From the NCBI GenBank assembly GCA_027593235.1, contig JAQCIU010000001.1, positions 103,132-167,131 on the forward strand: DNA of 64,000 bases. The letters run 5' to 3'. Shown piece by piece: positions 1 through 8,707 of the stretch; position 1 is the first letter of the stretch, and each line of letters begins with the position of its first letter. The translations under genes were made by a program, and so were the position numbers. The DNA comes from Chloroflexota bacterium (GTDB taxonomy: Bacteria > Chloroflexota > Dehalococcoidia > UBA2979). Under the pieces are notes generated by a model. The model saw only the letters and a program-made list of their open reading frames with translations, had not been told where the DNA came from and searched no databases.

Positions 1-625
1 GGCGATTCGCCTCGGGCGGCTGGTCGTGGAACTGATGCCGGGCGAGCCGGAGGCGATCGGGCTGCTGGCGCTGATGCTGCTGCACGACGCGCGCCGGATG
101 GCGCGCACCGGCCCGGACGGCGACCTCGTAACGCTCGAGGAGCAAGACCGCACGACCTGGGACCGCGCCCAGATCGACGAGGGCGTGGCGCTGATCCACC
201 GTGCGGCCGCGTTGCGGCGACCGGGCGCGTACCAGGTACAGGCGGCGATCGCCGCGATTCACGCGGAGGCGGAGACGCCGGAACACACCGACTGGCACGA
301 AATCGCGTTGCTCTACAACGCGCTGCTGGGAATGCAGCCAACGGCGGTGGTCGAGCTGAACCGCGCCGTGGCGGTCGCGATGGCGTTCGGCATCGAGGGC
401 GGGCTGCGGATGCTCGATCGGCTCGCCGACGACCCGGAGCTGGCGGGCTACCATCTGCTCGATTCGGCGCGCGCGGATCTGCTGCGGCGCGCCGGGCGGT
501 TCGAAGAGGCGGCGAGCGCGTACCGCCGCGCCCTCGCGAGTTGCGAGCACCCGGTGGAGCGCCGCTACCTCGAACGGCGGCTCGCCGAGGTGTCGGCCGC
601 CCGACGAGAGATCGAGGGGAGCTGA
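1..625 (+). CDS. ECF-type RNA polymerase sigma factor, C-terminal part (gene runs off the left edge)
   Basis: Frame 2 is open from base 2. The product (...YQVQAAIAAIHAEA...LNRAVAVAM...RADLLRRAGRFEEAASAYRRAL) looks like the TPR-like C-terminal extension of SigJ/DUF6596-type ECF sigma factors. Stop TGA at 623-625. Confidence 0.7.
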   Translation, partial: AIRLGRLVVELMPGEPEAIGLLALMLLHDARRMARTGPDGDLVTLEEQDRTTWDRAQIDEGVALIHRAAALRRPGAYQVQAAIAAIHAEAETPEHTDWHEIALLYNALLGMQPTAVVELNRAVAVAMAFGIEGGLRMLDRLADDPELAGYHLLDSARADLLRRAGRFEEAASAYRRALASCEHPVERRYLERRLAEVSAARREIEGS

Positions 626-698
626 CGATGGCAGAGGACTCCGAGTACGGAGCGCCGTCGCGGAGGTGATCGCCGATCGTTCCAGGCGCTGAGCGTCG

Positions 699-1163
699 CT
701 AGGCCGTGCGGCGGCGCCTGAGTATCGCATCGAGAACGGTGAGCGGTCCGAATGTGGTCGCGGTCCATCCGGCGATCATCCAGTTCACGCTGAATCCGAG
801 CCCGAAAGTCGCGCCAACCCAGGCCAGCGAGAGCACGATCCAACCCGCGGCGACGATCGCTTCCGCGCGGTCCGGGTTTGGACGGGTTCCCATGTCGCTG
901 AACCAGCAGCGGAGGAAGCCACGTCCCTTACGGTATTCGGCCGCAACCGCGGACGGCTCGCCGAACGCGAGCGCCGCGTCATTGAACGCCCCGTCCAGTT
1001 CCTGCCCCTCGTCGATTTGCGACTGGACGGCGGTCCGCAGGTGGTCGGTGAGTTCGTCGAGGTGCGGGGCGACATGCGGGTCCACGCGCTGCGCATCTTC
1101 TGCCCACCGTTCGAGCCGTTGCTCGAGGTCCGGCGGCGTGGAGTCGGGTGAGTGGTCAGACAT
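699..1163 (-). CDS. PadR-associated membrane protein (permease-prefix / DUF1700-like)
   Basis: Start MSDHSPD at 1163 overlaps the padR stop by 8 nt (ATGTCTGA). Soluble helical N-terminus followed by two predicted TM helices, the usual partner of PadR regulators. Confidence 0.65.
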   Translation of the reverse strand: MSDHSPDSTPPDLEQRLERWAEDAQRVDPHVAPHLDELTDHLRTAVQSQIDEGQELDGAFNDAALAFGEPSAVAAEYRKGRGFLRCWFSDMGTRPNPDRAEAIVAAGWIVLSLAWVGATFGLGFSVNWMIAGWTATTFGPLTVLDAILRRRRTA

Positions 1164-1503
1164 GGGTGCCTCCAACCGGGCGCGGGATGAGCGCGCCAAG
1201 CAGCGCGTTGACTGCGGCGAAGCCGGCGCGGTGTTCTTCAAGTTGTCGTTCGCCCGCGGGGAGCAGGCGGTAGTACTTGCGGCGGCGGCCGGAGGGGGCG
1301 GTGCCGTCGTATGCCTCGATCAGTCCTTGTTGATCGAGGCGGTGGAGCAGGGGATAAAGCATCCCCTCTTTCCATTCCAATTGACCGTCGGAGAGGTCGC
1401 GGACATTCCTGATGATCGCGTAGCCGTAGCTGTCGCCACGATGGAGCAGCGACAACACCAGCGGTGTCGCGGAGGCAGCCATCAGGTCCTTCGGTAGCTG
1501 CAC
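1156..1503 (-). CDS. PadR family transcriptional regulator
   Basis: 115 aa with a winged-helix signature (...PLVLSLLHRGDSYGYAIIRNV...EGMLYPLLHRLDQQGLIEAY...RRKYYRLLPAG). Confidence 0.9.
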   Translation of the reverse strand: MQLPKDLMAASATPLVLSLLHRGDSYGYAIIRNVRDLSDGQLEWKEGMLYPLLHRLDQQGLIEAYDGTAPSGRRRKYYRLLPAGERQLEEHRAGFAAVNALLGALIPRPVGGTHV

Positions 1504-1519
1504 GCAGCGCCCTTGGTCT

Positions 1520-1564
1520 TACCTATATGTTCTAGGTATCGAGAGTACCTATTCGTTCTAGGCA
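1520..1564. promoter_or_regulatory. Two tandem imperfect palindromes upstream of padR (candidate PadR operators)
   Basis: TACCTA-N7-TAGGTA at 1520-1538 and TACCTA-N7-TAGGCA at 1546-1564. They lie in an AT-rich patch 17-60 bp upstream of the padR start codon. Confidence 0.45.
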
Positions 1565-1638
1565 TGACAACTCCCACGGACCCACAACGGGGCGCGCCCT
1601 GTGCGCGTGGTCTCGGGCGGGGGCGGCTATCGTGTTCC

Positions 1639-1827
1639 GATGCTGCGCGACGTGCGACGGATGGCGCGGACTGGCCCGGCCGGCGACCTCGTGACCCTCG
1701 AGGAGCAAGACCGGACGATTTGGGATCGCGCGCAGATCGACGAGGGTGTCGCGGTGGAGCGACGCTACCTCGAACGGCGGCTCGCCGAGGTGTCGGCCGC
1801 CCGACGAGAGATCGAGGGGAGCTGACG
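1639..1827 (+). pseudogene. Remnant of the sigma-factor 3' end (diverged duplicate with an in-frame 363-bp internal deletion)
   Basis: 1639-1752 matches 72-190 at ~87% identity by eye. 1753-1860 matches 553-660 at ~96% with an exact +1200 offset. ORF 1601..1825 reads ...RRMARTGPAGDLVTLEEQDRTIWDRAQIDEGVA|VERRYLERRLAEVSAARREIEGS. Confidence 0.8.
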
Positions 1828-2322
1828 ATGGCAGAGGAATCCGAGTACGGGGCGCCGCCGCGGATCAAACCAAAGCGCCTGGGCGACTACCTTGACGTGA
1901 TGAGCAAGTCCGTCTTCCAGAGCGGCATGTCCTGGAAGGTGGTCGAGGCGAAGTGGGACACCACCCGCGAGGCGTTCCACGATTTCGATGCCGAGCGCGT
2001 CGCGTCGATGAGCGAAGCGGAGATCGATGCCCTCGCGAGCGACACCCGCGTGATCCGCAACCGGCGCAAGCTCGAAGCGGTCGTCAGCAACGCGGCGCGG
2101 CTGATCGAGCTGGACGCCGAGCACGGCACCTTCCGGAAGTACCTGCGCTCGCAGCCGGACTTCGAAGCGACCGTGAAGATGCTGAAACAGGACTTCAAGT
2201 TCCTGGGTGACATGGGCAGCTACGTGATGCTCTACGTAGTGGGCGAGCCGGTGCCGTCGCACCAGGAGTGGACGGCGACGCAGGTGGAGCGTCGGTCACG
2301 GCAGGCGCGTCCGAAGCGGTAA
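1828..2322 (+). CDS. tag: DNA-3-methyladenine glycosylase I
   Basis: MAEESEYGAPPRIKPKRLGDYLDVMSKSVFQSGMSWKVVEAKW...IRNRRKLEAVVSNA is a Tag-family signature. The ATG lies 2 nt after the remnant's TGA, the same junction as at 623-630. Confidence 0.85.
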   Translation: MAEESEYGAPPRIKPKRLGDYLDVMSKSVFQSGMSWKVVEAKWDTTREAFHDFDAERVASMSEAEIDALASDTRVIRNRRKLEAVVSNAARLIELDAEHGTFRKYLRSQPDFEATVKMLKQDFKFLGDMGSYVMLYVVGEPVPSHQEWTATQVERRSRQARPKR

Positions 2323-2391
2323 CTGTCGTTGGTGGAAATCCGGTCGAGCGGAGGGCGTTGTCGCCCCAACGGTTTCGGTGTGCTCAGCCTG

Positions 2392-3048
2392 CTACCTGTA
2401 GATGATGCTCCAGAAGTGCTCAGTCGCTCGCTCAGCGAGGAGCATTGCAGGGAAGAGCAGCGCCACGGCGAGGATCCGTCCCCTCCAGTCACCCGTCAGT
2501 AGCAGCACCGATGCCGCTGCGAGAACGACATCGATCACGGCTTGCACCGGATGGAACGGGAAGTCGCTCGGGAGGTCGATCGTGAGTTCGTTCCAGTACT
2601 GACGGAGCGGACCATCAGCGAGGATCGCGCCGGCGACGAGTGAGGCGACGAGCGCAGCCGCCCATCCGCGTCGCCGATAGCTGAGCGAGACAACTGCTGC
2701 TCCGGGCGGCGCCAGCACGAGTGCCACTCCCGTCCAGATGTAGACGAAATGGCCGCCGCCAAAGCCGAGCACTGCCTCCGAGTAGGTGTAGTACGAGACG
2801 ACGGTCGCCAGGAAGAAGAGCGCGGCACCGAGGATCGCGGCGGCCGACGAGGAAGCGAAACGACCGATCAGCAGGCCGACGAAGATCCATGTTCCCGGGT
2901 AGGTCCCGAGGTCACTCGCCCATTGCCGTGAGGATTCGTCGGCCGCCTTCGCGCCGAGGCCGCAGGCAAGCGCGACGACGACGAGAGCGCCGAGCTTCGA
3001 CACCGTGATCGCGGTGGCGCCCCTTCGCCGGAACAGACGCTCGACCAC
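2392..3048 (-). CDS. Hypothetical integral membrane protein (about 6 TM)
   Basis: 218-aa ORF, strongly hydrophobic, with no recognisable catalytic motif. Confidence 0.55.
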   Translation of the reverse strand: MVERLFRRRGATAITVSKLGALVVVALACGLGAKAADESSRQWASDLGTYPGTWIFVGLLIGRFASSSAAAILGAALFFLATVVSYYTYSEAVLGFGGGHFVYIWTGVALVLAPPGAAVVSLSYRRRGWAAALVASLVAGAILADGPLRQYWNELTIDLPSDFPFHPVQAVIDVVLAAASVLLLTGDWRGRILAVALLFPAMLLAERATEHFWSIIYR

Positions 3049-3203
3049 GCGCCCCTCCGCCTCGACGCCCAGCGAGCTGACCCTGTACGCGCGATGATCT
3101 TCTCACCGTGAGCGGCGGCGGTCACGCAAATCAGGACTGGATGAAATCGCCGAGGCAGCGCTCGCCGAAGCCGGCGTCGCGCTCGGAGAACAGATGTCGC
3201 GTT

Positions 3204-3515
3204 CTAAGACGCGGCGCGCACTGCGTCGGCGATCCATTGCCGTTCCGGGAGGCCGCGCAGGCCCTCGGAAGTGGCGTAGAGGCGGCAGCGCGGCGTGCAG
3301 TCGGCGCACTCCGTCCAGCCGGGCTCCACGTCGTGGCCGTTGACGCGGATCGTTGGTGAACCGGGGAAGACCGTGGCGATGCCGGTCGCCTCGTCGGGGA
3401 CCTCGACGCGTTCGATCGCGGCGCTGATGCCGGCATCCGCGAGGACGTCGCGCAGCATCGCCTCCGCCAGCGCGTGGTTGGGGCAGTCCTCGAACCAGAG
3501 CAGTTCAATCTTCAT
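3204..3515 (-). CDS. Small thioredoxin-like-fold protein
   Basis: Start at MKIELLWFEDCPNH (ATG at 3515). ...FPGSPTIRVNGHDVEP... resembles the small Trx-like proteins often found near mer/redox genes. The longer N-terminal extension in the ORF track looks non-coding. Confidence 0.6.
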   Translation of the reverse strand: MKIELLWFEDCPNHALAEAMLRDVLADAGISAAIERVEVPDEATGIATVFPGSPTIRVNGHDVEPGWTECADCTPRCRLYATSEGLRGLPERQWIADAVRAAS

Positions 3516-3649
3516 ATGGCAGCTCCCGGTGATCGGATTATCGCGCGCTGTCCGTCGCCCGTTGGATTGGCGATCACCTCGGGGGCTTGCGCGGGCATGC
3601 GAAACTGCCGAGGTGAGACACCGGTGAGGGCGTGGACGGAGCAGCAGCA

Positions 3650-3937
3650 ATGGCAAGAGCGACGATCAACGGTCACGTGCTGGCAGAGTCCGACGAGTTC
3701 GAGGTGGTTGAGGGGAACGTCTACTTCCCGCCGTCGGCGGTGAAGCAGGAGCTGTTCGCGCCGAACCCCAGCCACACCATCTGTTCCTGGAAGGGCGAGG
3801 CGTCGTACTACGACATCGTCGTGGATGGCGAACTCTTCGAGGGGCGGGCTTGGTTCTACCCGGATCCGATGGCGGCCGCGGAGAACATCCGCGATTACGT
3901 GGCGTTCTACTCGCCGCCGGTCAGCGTCGAGCGCTAG
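3650..3937 (+). CDS. DUF427 domain protein
   Basis: MARATINGHVLAESDEFEVVEGNVYFPP...WKGEASYYDIVVDG...AWFYPDP matches the DUF427 pattern. Confidence 0.8.
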   Translation: MARATINGHVLAESDEFEVVEGNVYFPPSAVKQELFAPNPSHTICSWKGEASYYDIVVDGELFEGRAWFYPDPMAAAENIRDYVAFYSPPVSVER

Positions 3938-3975
3938 CACCTCGGCGGCAGCGGTCACCCTCGAGGGTGCCGGCG

Positions 3976-4422
3976 CTACGGAACGATCGTCGAGCAGTTG
4001 TTGAAGGTGTCGCCGGCCTGGCCACCGCCGTAGCAACTGTCGGTCTCACCGCCGCCATCGAGCGCGTCATCGTCCGCGCCGCCCAGCAGCACGTCGTTGC
4101 CGGTGCCCCCGGTGAGATCATCGATACCGCCGCCGCCGACGATGCAGTCGTCGCCACCAGCGCCGTCGATCACGTCCGCGCCGGCACTGCCGGTGATCAG
4201 GTCGTTCGCGCCGGTCCCGGTGAGCGTTCCGGCGCCGGAGACGAGATTCGTCAGCGCCATCCCGAAGCATTCGGGCGGGGCCATGTCCTGCACGGTCACG
4301 GCGGTCGCCTGCTCGGCGACGCTGCTGTTTGGGGTGAGGTTCGCGGCCGTGGACGCCTGCGGACCGTTCTCGATGACGGCGAAGACGACGAGCACGATCA
4401 CGGTGGCGGCGATCAAGCGCAT
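3976..4422 (-). CDS. Secreted protein with hemolysin-type (RTX-like) calcium-binding repeats
   Basis: N-terminal signal/TM followed by GxGxD-type repeats (TGTGANDLITGSAGADVIDGAGGDDCIVGGGGIDDLTGGTGNDVLLGGADDDALDGG). Confidence 0.75.
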   Translation of the reverse strand: MRLIAATVIVLVVFAVIENGPQASTAANLTPNSSVAEQATAVTVQDMAPPECFGMALTNLVSGAGTLTGTGANDLITGSAGADVIDGAGGDDCIVGGGGIDDLTGGTGNDVLLGGADDDALDGGGETDSCYGGGQAGDTFNNCSTIVP

Positions 4423-4557
4423 GGCGATCCCTCTGACCGGATCGTCGCCGTCTTCGCGGGTTGTCTGACTGAGGGAATCCCCGGCCTCCGGGGGCGGACG
4501 GGCGGATCGCTGCTAACGGGAGACGAGCGATAGCAGCCGGGCGGCTATCGTGAATCG

Positions 4558-5217
4558 ATGCTGACGGCGCTGGTCCACCCGTCCGATCGCATGCGGCTGG
4601 CGCTGCTGCTGCTGCTCGCCGGCGCTTCGACGGCGATCTATGCCTCGTTGACCGTGGTGATGTCGCTCCACGAGTTCTTCCCGGGGCCGGGCGTGACGCT
4701 GGATTTCCAGTTCATGCTGGGCGACGACTGGGTGGCGAACACGTGGCGGCTCTACGGCTCCTTCGTCGCGCTCTTCGCGCTCTGGGGCGTGGCGCTGGTC
4801 CTCGTCGCACCGCTCGCACCATCGAGGTGGGCGGTCGGCGTGATCGCCCTCGGCGGGGTCGCGATGGCGGCGGCGCTCGTGCCGATGTACCCGCCGTTCG
4901 CGGTCGACTTCTTCCACTACCTGGGCGAGGGGCGGTTGCTCTGGGTCGAGGGTGAGAACCCGATGGTCCGTGGTCCCGGCGAGTTCTTTCCGATCGGGAT
5001 GAGCTACGGCAACGAGCCGTCGGCGTACGGGCCGCTCTGGTACTGGACGCTCGGTCCGCCGGTACTCGCCGGCGGCGACGACTTCCCTCGATCTCTGCTG
5101 CTGCTGAAGGCGTGGATGGCAGGCTGGGTCGCGCTGTGTGCGTTCCTCGGCGCACTGATCTCGAGGCAGATCGGGCAGACCTCGCGCGCGTCACGGGGCG
5201 CGGAGGCGACGACGTAG
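4558..5217 (+). CDS. GT-C / DUF2029-like membrane glycosyltransferase, N-terminal fragment (ends at an in-frame TAG)
   Basis: Multi-TM, with a ...YGPLWYW... motif. Same reading frame as the next ORF and separated from it only by TAG 5215-5217 plus 5 sense codons. Confidence 0.6.
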   Translation: MLTALVHPSDRMRLALLLLLAGASTAIYASLTVVMSLHEFFPGPGVTLDFQFMLGDDWVANTWRLYGSFVALFALWGVALVLVAPLAPSRWAVGVIALGGVAMAAALVPMYPPFAVDFFHYLGEGRLLWVEGENPMVRGPGEFFPIGMSYGNEPSAYGPLWYWTLGPPVLAGGDDFPRSLLLLKAWMAGWVALCAFLGALISRQIGQTSRASRGAEATT

Positions 5218-5232
5218 GCGCGCGGTCGCGAG

Positions 5233-6093
5233 TTGCTGGTGGCGGTGGCGATCGCGTGGAAGCCGTACGTGCTCTGGCGGGTAGCTGGAAACGGGCACAA
5301 CGACATCGTGATGATGGCGTTCGCGCTGGTGGCCGTGTGGTTCGCGGTGGGCGGGGCGTGGCGCTGGGTGCTGCCGGCGCTCGCGGCATCGATCCTCGTG
5401 AAGTACGTGTCGCTGCTGCTGGTCCCGGCGTTCGCGATCTTCCTGCTGCGCCGCACCTCCGAGGAGCGGCGGGCGCTGTTGCCGGATCTGGCCATCGGCG
5501 GTGTGGTCGCGTTGGTCCTCGTGGGCGTCGCGTTCGCGCCCATGTGTGACGGGATCGCGACCTTCGACCAGGTGCGGGCGCAGTCCGACCGGATCATCAC
5601 GAGCTTCCCCGATCTGATCTCGATCGCGGTGCACGGGTGGTTCGACGTGTCGCCGGAGCGCGCGGACGAGATCGGGTTACGCGTCGGCGCCGCGTTGTTC
5701 GTGGTCGCGGCCGCGCTGTTGCTCTGGCGCCAGCGGCCGGGTCCCGAGGCGCTGATCGCGACTGCGGCCTCCGTGATCCTGGCGTACACGTTGCTGGGTA
5801 TTGGCTGGTTTCGGCCCTGGTATTTCCTCTGGGTCGTCACGCTGGCGGCGCTGCTGCCCGGCCGCTGGTGGCTGGCGCTGGTGGTGGTGACGTCGATCGC
5901 CGGGCTCGCGCCGGACGTGGCAGAGAAGTACGCGGTGTTCATCGGCGGGCTGCGCCCGCTGACCGAGCTGCATCCCTCGTTGCCGGCGATGCTGGCGCAG
6001 TTCCTGCCGCCGGCGCTGCTCTGGGCGTTCGCGCTGGGCCGCACCCGCAGCACGCGGCTAGTGTCCGGGGCCTCGGGAGCGACGGCGGACTAG
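5233..6093 (+). CDS. GT-C / DUF2029-like membrane glycosyltransferase, C-terminal fragment
   Basis: ...NGHNDIVMMAFALVAVW... and about 7 further TM helices, in frame with 4558..5217. Confidence 0.6.
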   Translation: MLVAVAIAWKPYVLWRVAGNGHNDIVMMAFALVAVWFAVGGAWRWVLPALAASILVKYVSLLLVPAFAIFLLRRTSEERRALLPDLAIGGVVALVLVGVAFAPMCDGIATFDQVRAQSDRIITSFPDLISIAVHGWFDVSPERADEIGLRVGAALFVVAAALLLWRQRPGPEALIATAASVILAYTLLGIGWFRPWYFLWVVTLAALLPGRWWLALVVVTSIAGLAPDVAEKYAVFIGGLRPLTELHPSLPAMLAQFLPPALLWAFALGRTRSTRLVSGASGATAD

Positions 6094-6191
6094 CTCCCAG
6101 CGAGGACGAATGTCGCCTCGATGTGCGCGCGTTCGGCGAGTTCCGCGACTAGCGCCTGCACCGCCGCGGCGTCGGCAACCGCGGCCGCGAT

Positions 6192-7259
6192 CTACGCGGG
6201 GATAGCGCCCGGCGTGACGTCACGTTCGAGGAGCGCGGACAGCCGTCGGGTGGTGGCCGCATCGACGCGCGAGAGCAACGGCTGCACGCCGCGGAGGAAT
6301 GCGCCACCGCGCGCCAGATCGCGTGCCCGCTGCTCGGGGCTCGCCTGTCCCTGGGCGGCGGCGACGCCCTCGAGGGCGATGCCCTCCAGCGCGGTACGGA
6401 GCAAGGCGACGTGCACGACGTCGTGAGCATCGCGGACGGCCGCGGTGTCGCCGCTGGCGGCGGCGGCGGAGCCCGCGAGGATGGCGGCGAGCGTCTCTTC
6501 GTTGAGGACGCCGTTCAGCGCCGGCGCACCCTGAAGGATCACCCAGACGCGATCCCACTCGTGCGGGGCGCCAAAGGCGCGATCGAGATCGCCGACGCTG
6601 GTCAGCCGTTCGCCGGCCTCGAGGGCGACGAGCGCGCGGACGAGCGGCACCTCGATCGCGAAGAGGTTCGATAGGACGGCGGCGCGATCGGCGGCGGAGC
6701 GGTCGGCGAACTCGCCGCTGCCGCTGATCGCGGCGAGCGCGCGATCGGTCAGCCATGCGGCGGATCCGAACTCCTCGATGTAACTGGCGCCGAGGGGCCC
6801 GGTCGCGGCGGAGGCCGCGACCGCGGCGAGCGACGGCGGGACGGCGCTGCCGATTGGCGCGGGCGCGGCCTCGTAGGCCTCGCGCACGGCGTCCCAGTCG
6901 ACGGTGGCGGGATCGAGGAGCAGGCCGCTGAGCTGCTCGATCGCGGCGTTGGTACGAACCTCGAAGGACACGTCGGAGGCGGGCGTGTAAGGGCCGAGGG
7001 GCTGTCCGGCCGCGCCGGGGATGCCCTCGGCGTTGACGATCACTGGCTCGGTGGGTGTGGGTGGCGGATCGCCGGGGCGCGGCACTTCGCCGCAGGCGGC
7101 GCCGAGGATGGTCGCGACGACGGCTAGGGCGACGAGTGCTCGCAAGCGGCGCAGGCGACGCAGACCGCGCGAGCAGGGCACCCGGGAGGCGTGAGGTGCG
7201 CCGGTTGCGCTGGGCGTGTGGGCATTGACCTGCGTCAACGCGCGCCGTAGCGTTGGCAT
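6192..7259 (-). CDS. Hypothetical lipoprotein
   Basis: Lipobox ...ATILGAAC. Ala-rich helical mature part with no recognised domain. The start codon is uncertain (long Arg-rich N-region; TTG near 7147 is an alternative). Confidence 0.6.
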   Translation of the reverse strand: MPTLRRALTQVNAHTPSATGAPHASRVPCSRGLRRLRRLRALVALAVVATILGAACGEVPRPGDPPPTPTEPVIVNAEGIPGAAGQPLGPYTPASDVSFEVRTNAAIEQLSGLLLDPATVDWDAVREAYEAAPAPIGSAVPPSLAAVAASAATGPLGASYIEEFGSAAWLTDRALAAISGSGEFADRSAADRAAVLSNLFAIEVPLVRALVALEAGERLTSVGDLDRAFGAPHEWDRVWVILQGAPALNGVLNEETLAAILAGSAAAASGDTAAVRDAHDVVHVALLRTALEGIALEGVAAAQGQASPEQRARDLARGGAFLRGVQPLLSRVDAATTRRLSALLERDVTPGAIPA

Positions 7260-7313
7260 ATCATCACGTCAGTGGTGATGCAGCGATGCATCGATTGGCT
7301 TCCGCCGATCGGT

Positions 7314-7406
7314 CCTGCCGCTGGGGGGGCCGCAAGGCTGAGATTCCGGACACCGGAACCACCCCAGGAACCTGATCTCGGTAATCCGAGCGTAGGGAAG
7401 CGGTGT
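7314..7406 (+). promoter_or_regulatory. TPP (THI-box) riboswitch
   Basis: CCGCTGGGGGGGCCGCAAGGCTGAGATTCCGGACACCGGAACCACCCCAGGAACCTGATCTCGGTAATCCGAGCGTAGGGAAGCGG contains the conserved CUGAGA, ACCUGAUC..UAAU and GCGUAGGGAAG elements. P1 is CCGCT/AGCGG. It sits upstream of thiamine-related genes. Confidence 0.92.
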
Positions 7407-7524
7407 ATGTCGAAGATGTGGACCTCCGGGCCCGACCGTTCGCGTACCTCTCGTACTTCTCTTCGTGATCGATTCTCTGATCCGTTCCTTCGCGGCGCAT
7501 CCGTGCAGCCGAAGGAGGAGCGGA

Positions 7525-7830
7525 ATGCTTGCAGAGATCCAGGTACTGCCGAACCCCCCGGGAACGCCCGAGGACTACTACCGACACGTTGAGGCGGCGA
7601 TCGCGGTCATCCAGACCTCGGGCATCACCTACGAGGTCGATGCCCTCGGCACGACGCTCGACGGTGACGCCGACGCCATCTGGGCCACCCTACGCCGTGC
7701 GCACGAAGCCGTGCTGGCGGCCGGCGCCGACAGCGTAGTGACGGTGGTGAAACTGGCCCAATCCGGAGCCACTCGTCCCGACGCCACGATCGAGTCGCTG
7801 ACCGGAAAGTTCCGCGAGGGCGCCTCGTGA
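7525..7830 (+). CDS. MTH1187/YkoF-family thiamine (HMP)-binding protein
   Basis: MLAEIQVLPNP...HVEAAIAVIQTSGITYEVDALGTTLDG. SD GAAGGAGG at 7511-7518. Stop overlaps the next start (GTGA). Confidence 0.85.
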   Translation: MLAEIQVLPNPPGTPEDYYRHVEAAIAVIQTSGITYEVDALGTTLDGDADAIWATLRRAHEAVLAAGADSVVTVVKLAQSGATRPDATIESLTGKFREGAS

Positions 7831-8615
7831 CCGGCGCGCTGCCGCGCGTGCGGCGGCTGGCGTGGGAGCTGCTCCCGGCCGCGATCTTCCTCGTGCTCGC
7901 GATCGCGGGCTGGGAGATCTGGGTCCGCGCGCGTGACGTGCCGAGCTACCTCGTGCCCGCGCCGAGCGAGCTGTGGCAGGCCTTCCTCGATCAGCGTGGG
8001 ACGCTGCCGGCGCACACGCGAACGACGCTCAGCGAGGCAATGCTCGGGCTGTTCTTCGCCGCGGTGCTCGGCGTCGTGCTGGCGGCGCTGATCGCCAGCG
8101 TGCCGATCGCGCGCCGGGTGCTGTACCCGCTGCTGGTGCTGAGCCAGAACATCCCGGTGCTGGTGCTCGCGCCGTTGCTGGCCGTCTGGTTCGGCTTCGG
8201 CATGACGCCGAAGGTCGTGATCGTCGTGCTGATCGGCTTCTTCCCGATCGCCGTGAACACCGCCGACGGCCTGCTCCGCGCCGACCGCGAGATGGTCGAC
8301 CTGGTGCGGAGCATGGGCGCGAGTCGCTGGCAGGTGCTGCGAACGGTGCTGGTGCCCTCGGCGGTGCCATCGTTTTTCGCGGGGCTCCAGATCGGCGCGG
8401 CCTACGCCGTGATCGGCGCGGTGATCGCGGAGTGGATGGGCGCCAGCAGCGGTCTGGGCCTGTTCATCACCCGCTCGCAGCGAGCGTTCCGTACCGACCA
8501 GATCTTCATGGCGGTGGTGCTGATCGCCCTCGTGAGCATCGCGCTCTTCGCGTGCGTGCAGTTGCTCGCCCGCCTCGTCATGCCCTGGCGCCAGGCAGGC
8601 GCTGAGACCAATTGA
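7827..8615 (+). CDS. ABC transporter permease (NitT/TauT family, ThiX-like)
   Basis: 262 aa, 6 TM, with an EAA-loop region (...LVRSMGASRWQVLRTVLVPSAVPSFFAG). Confidence 0.9.
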   Translation: MTGALPRVRRLAWELLPAAIFLVLAIAGWEIWVRARDVPSYLVPAPSELWQAFLDQRGTLPAHTRTTLSEAMLGLFFAAVLGVVLAALIASVPIARRVLYPLLVLSQNIPVLVLAPLLAVWFGFGMTPKVVIVVLIGFFPIAVNTADGLLRADREMVDLVRSMGASRWQVLRTVLVPSAVPSFFAGLQIGAAYAVIGAVIAEWMGASSGLGLFITRSQRAFRTDQIFMAVVLIALVSIALFACVQLLARLVMPWRQAGAETN

Positions 8616-8707
8616 GGGCGCCGAACGGCGTTGAAACGAACCGAGAACTGAGAACGACCGTGCCGCGACGGGGACAAACGCGGCGCGGTCGCCAGAGAGG
8701 AACTGAG

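Noticed and set aside
628-669. 13-codon ORF starting ATGGCAGAGGACTCCGAG directly after the sigma-factor stop
   Set aside because: It is the truncated 5' stub of tag left by the duplication (compare 1828 onward), not an independent gene.
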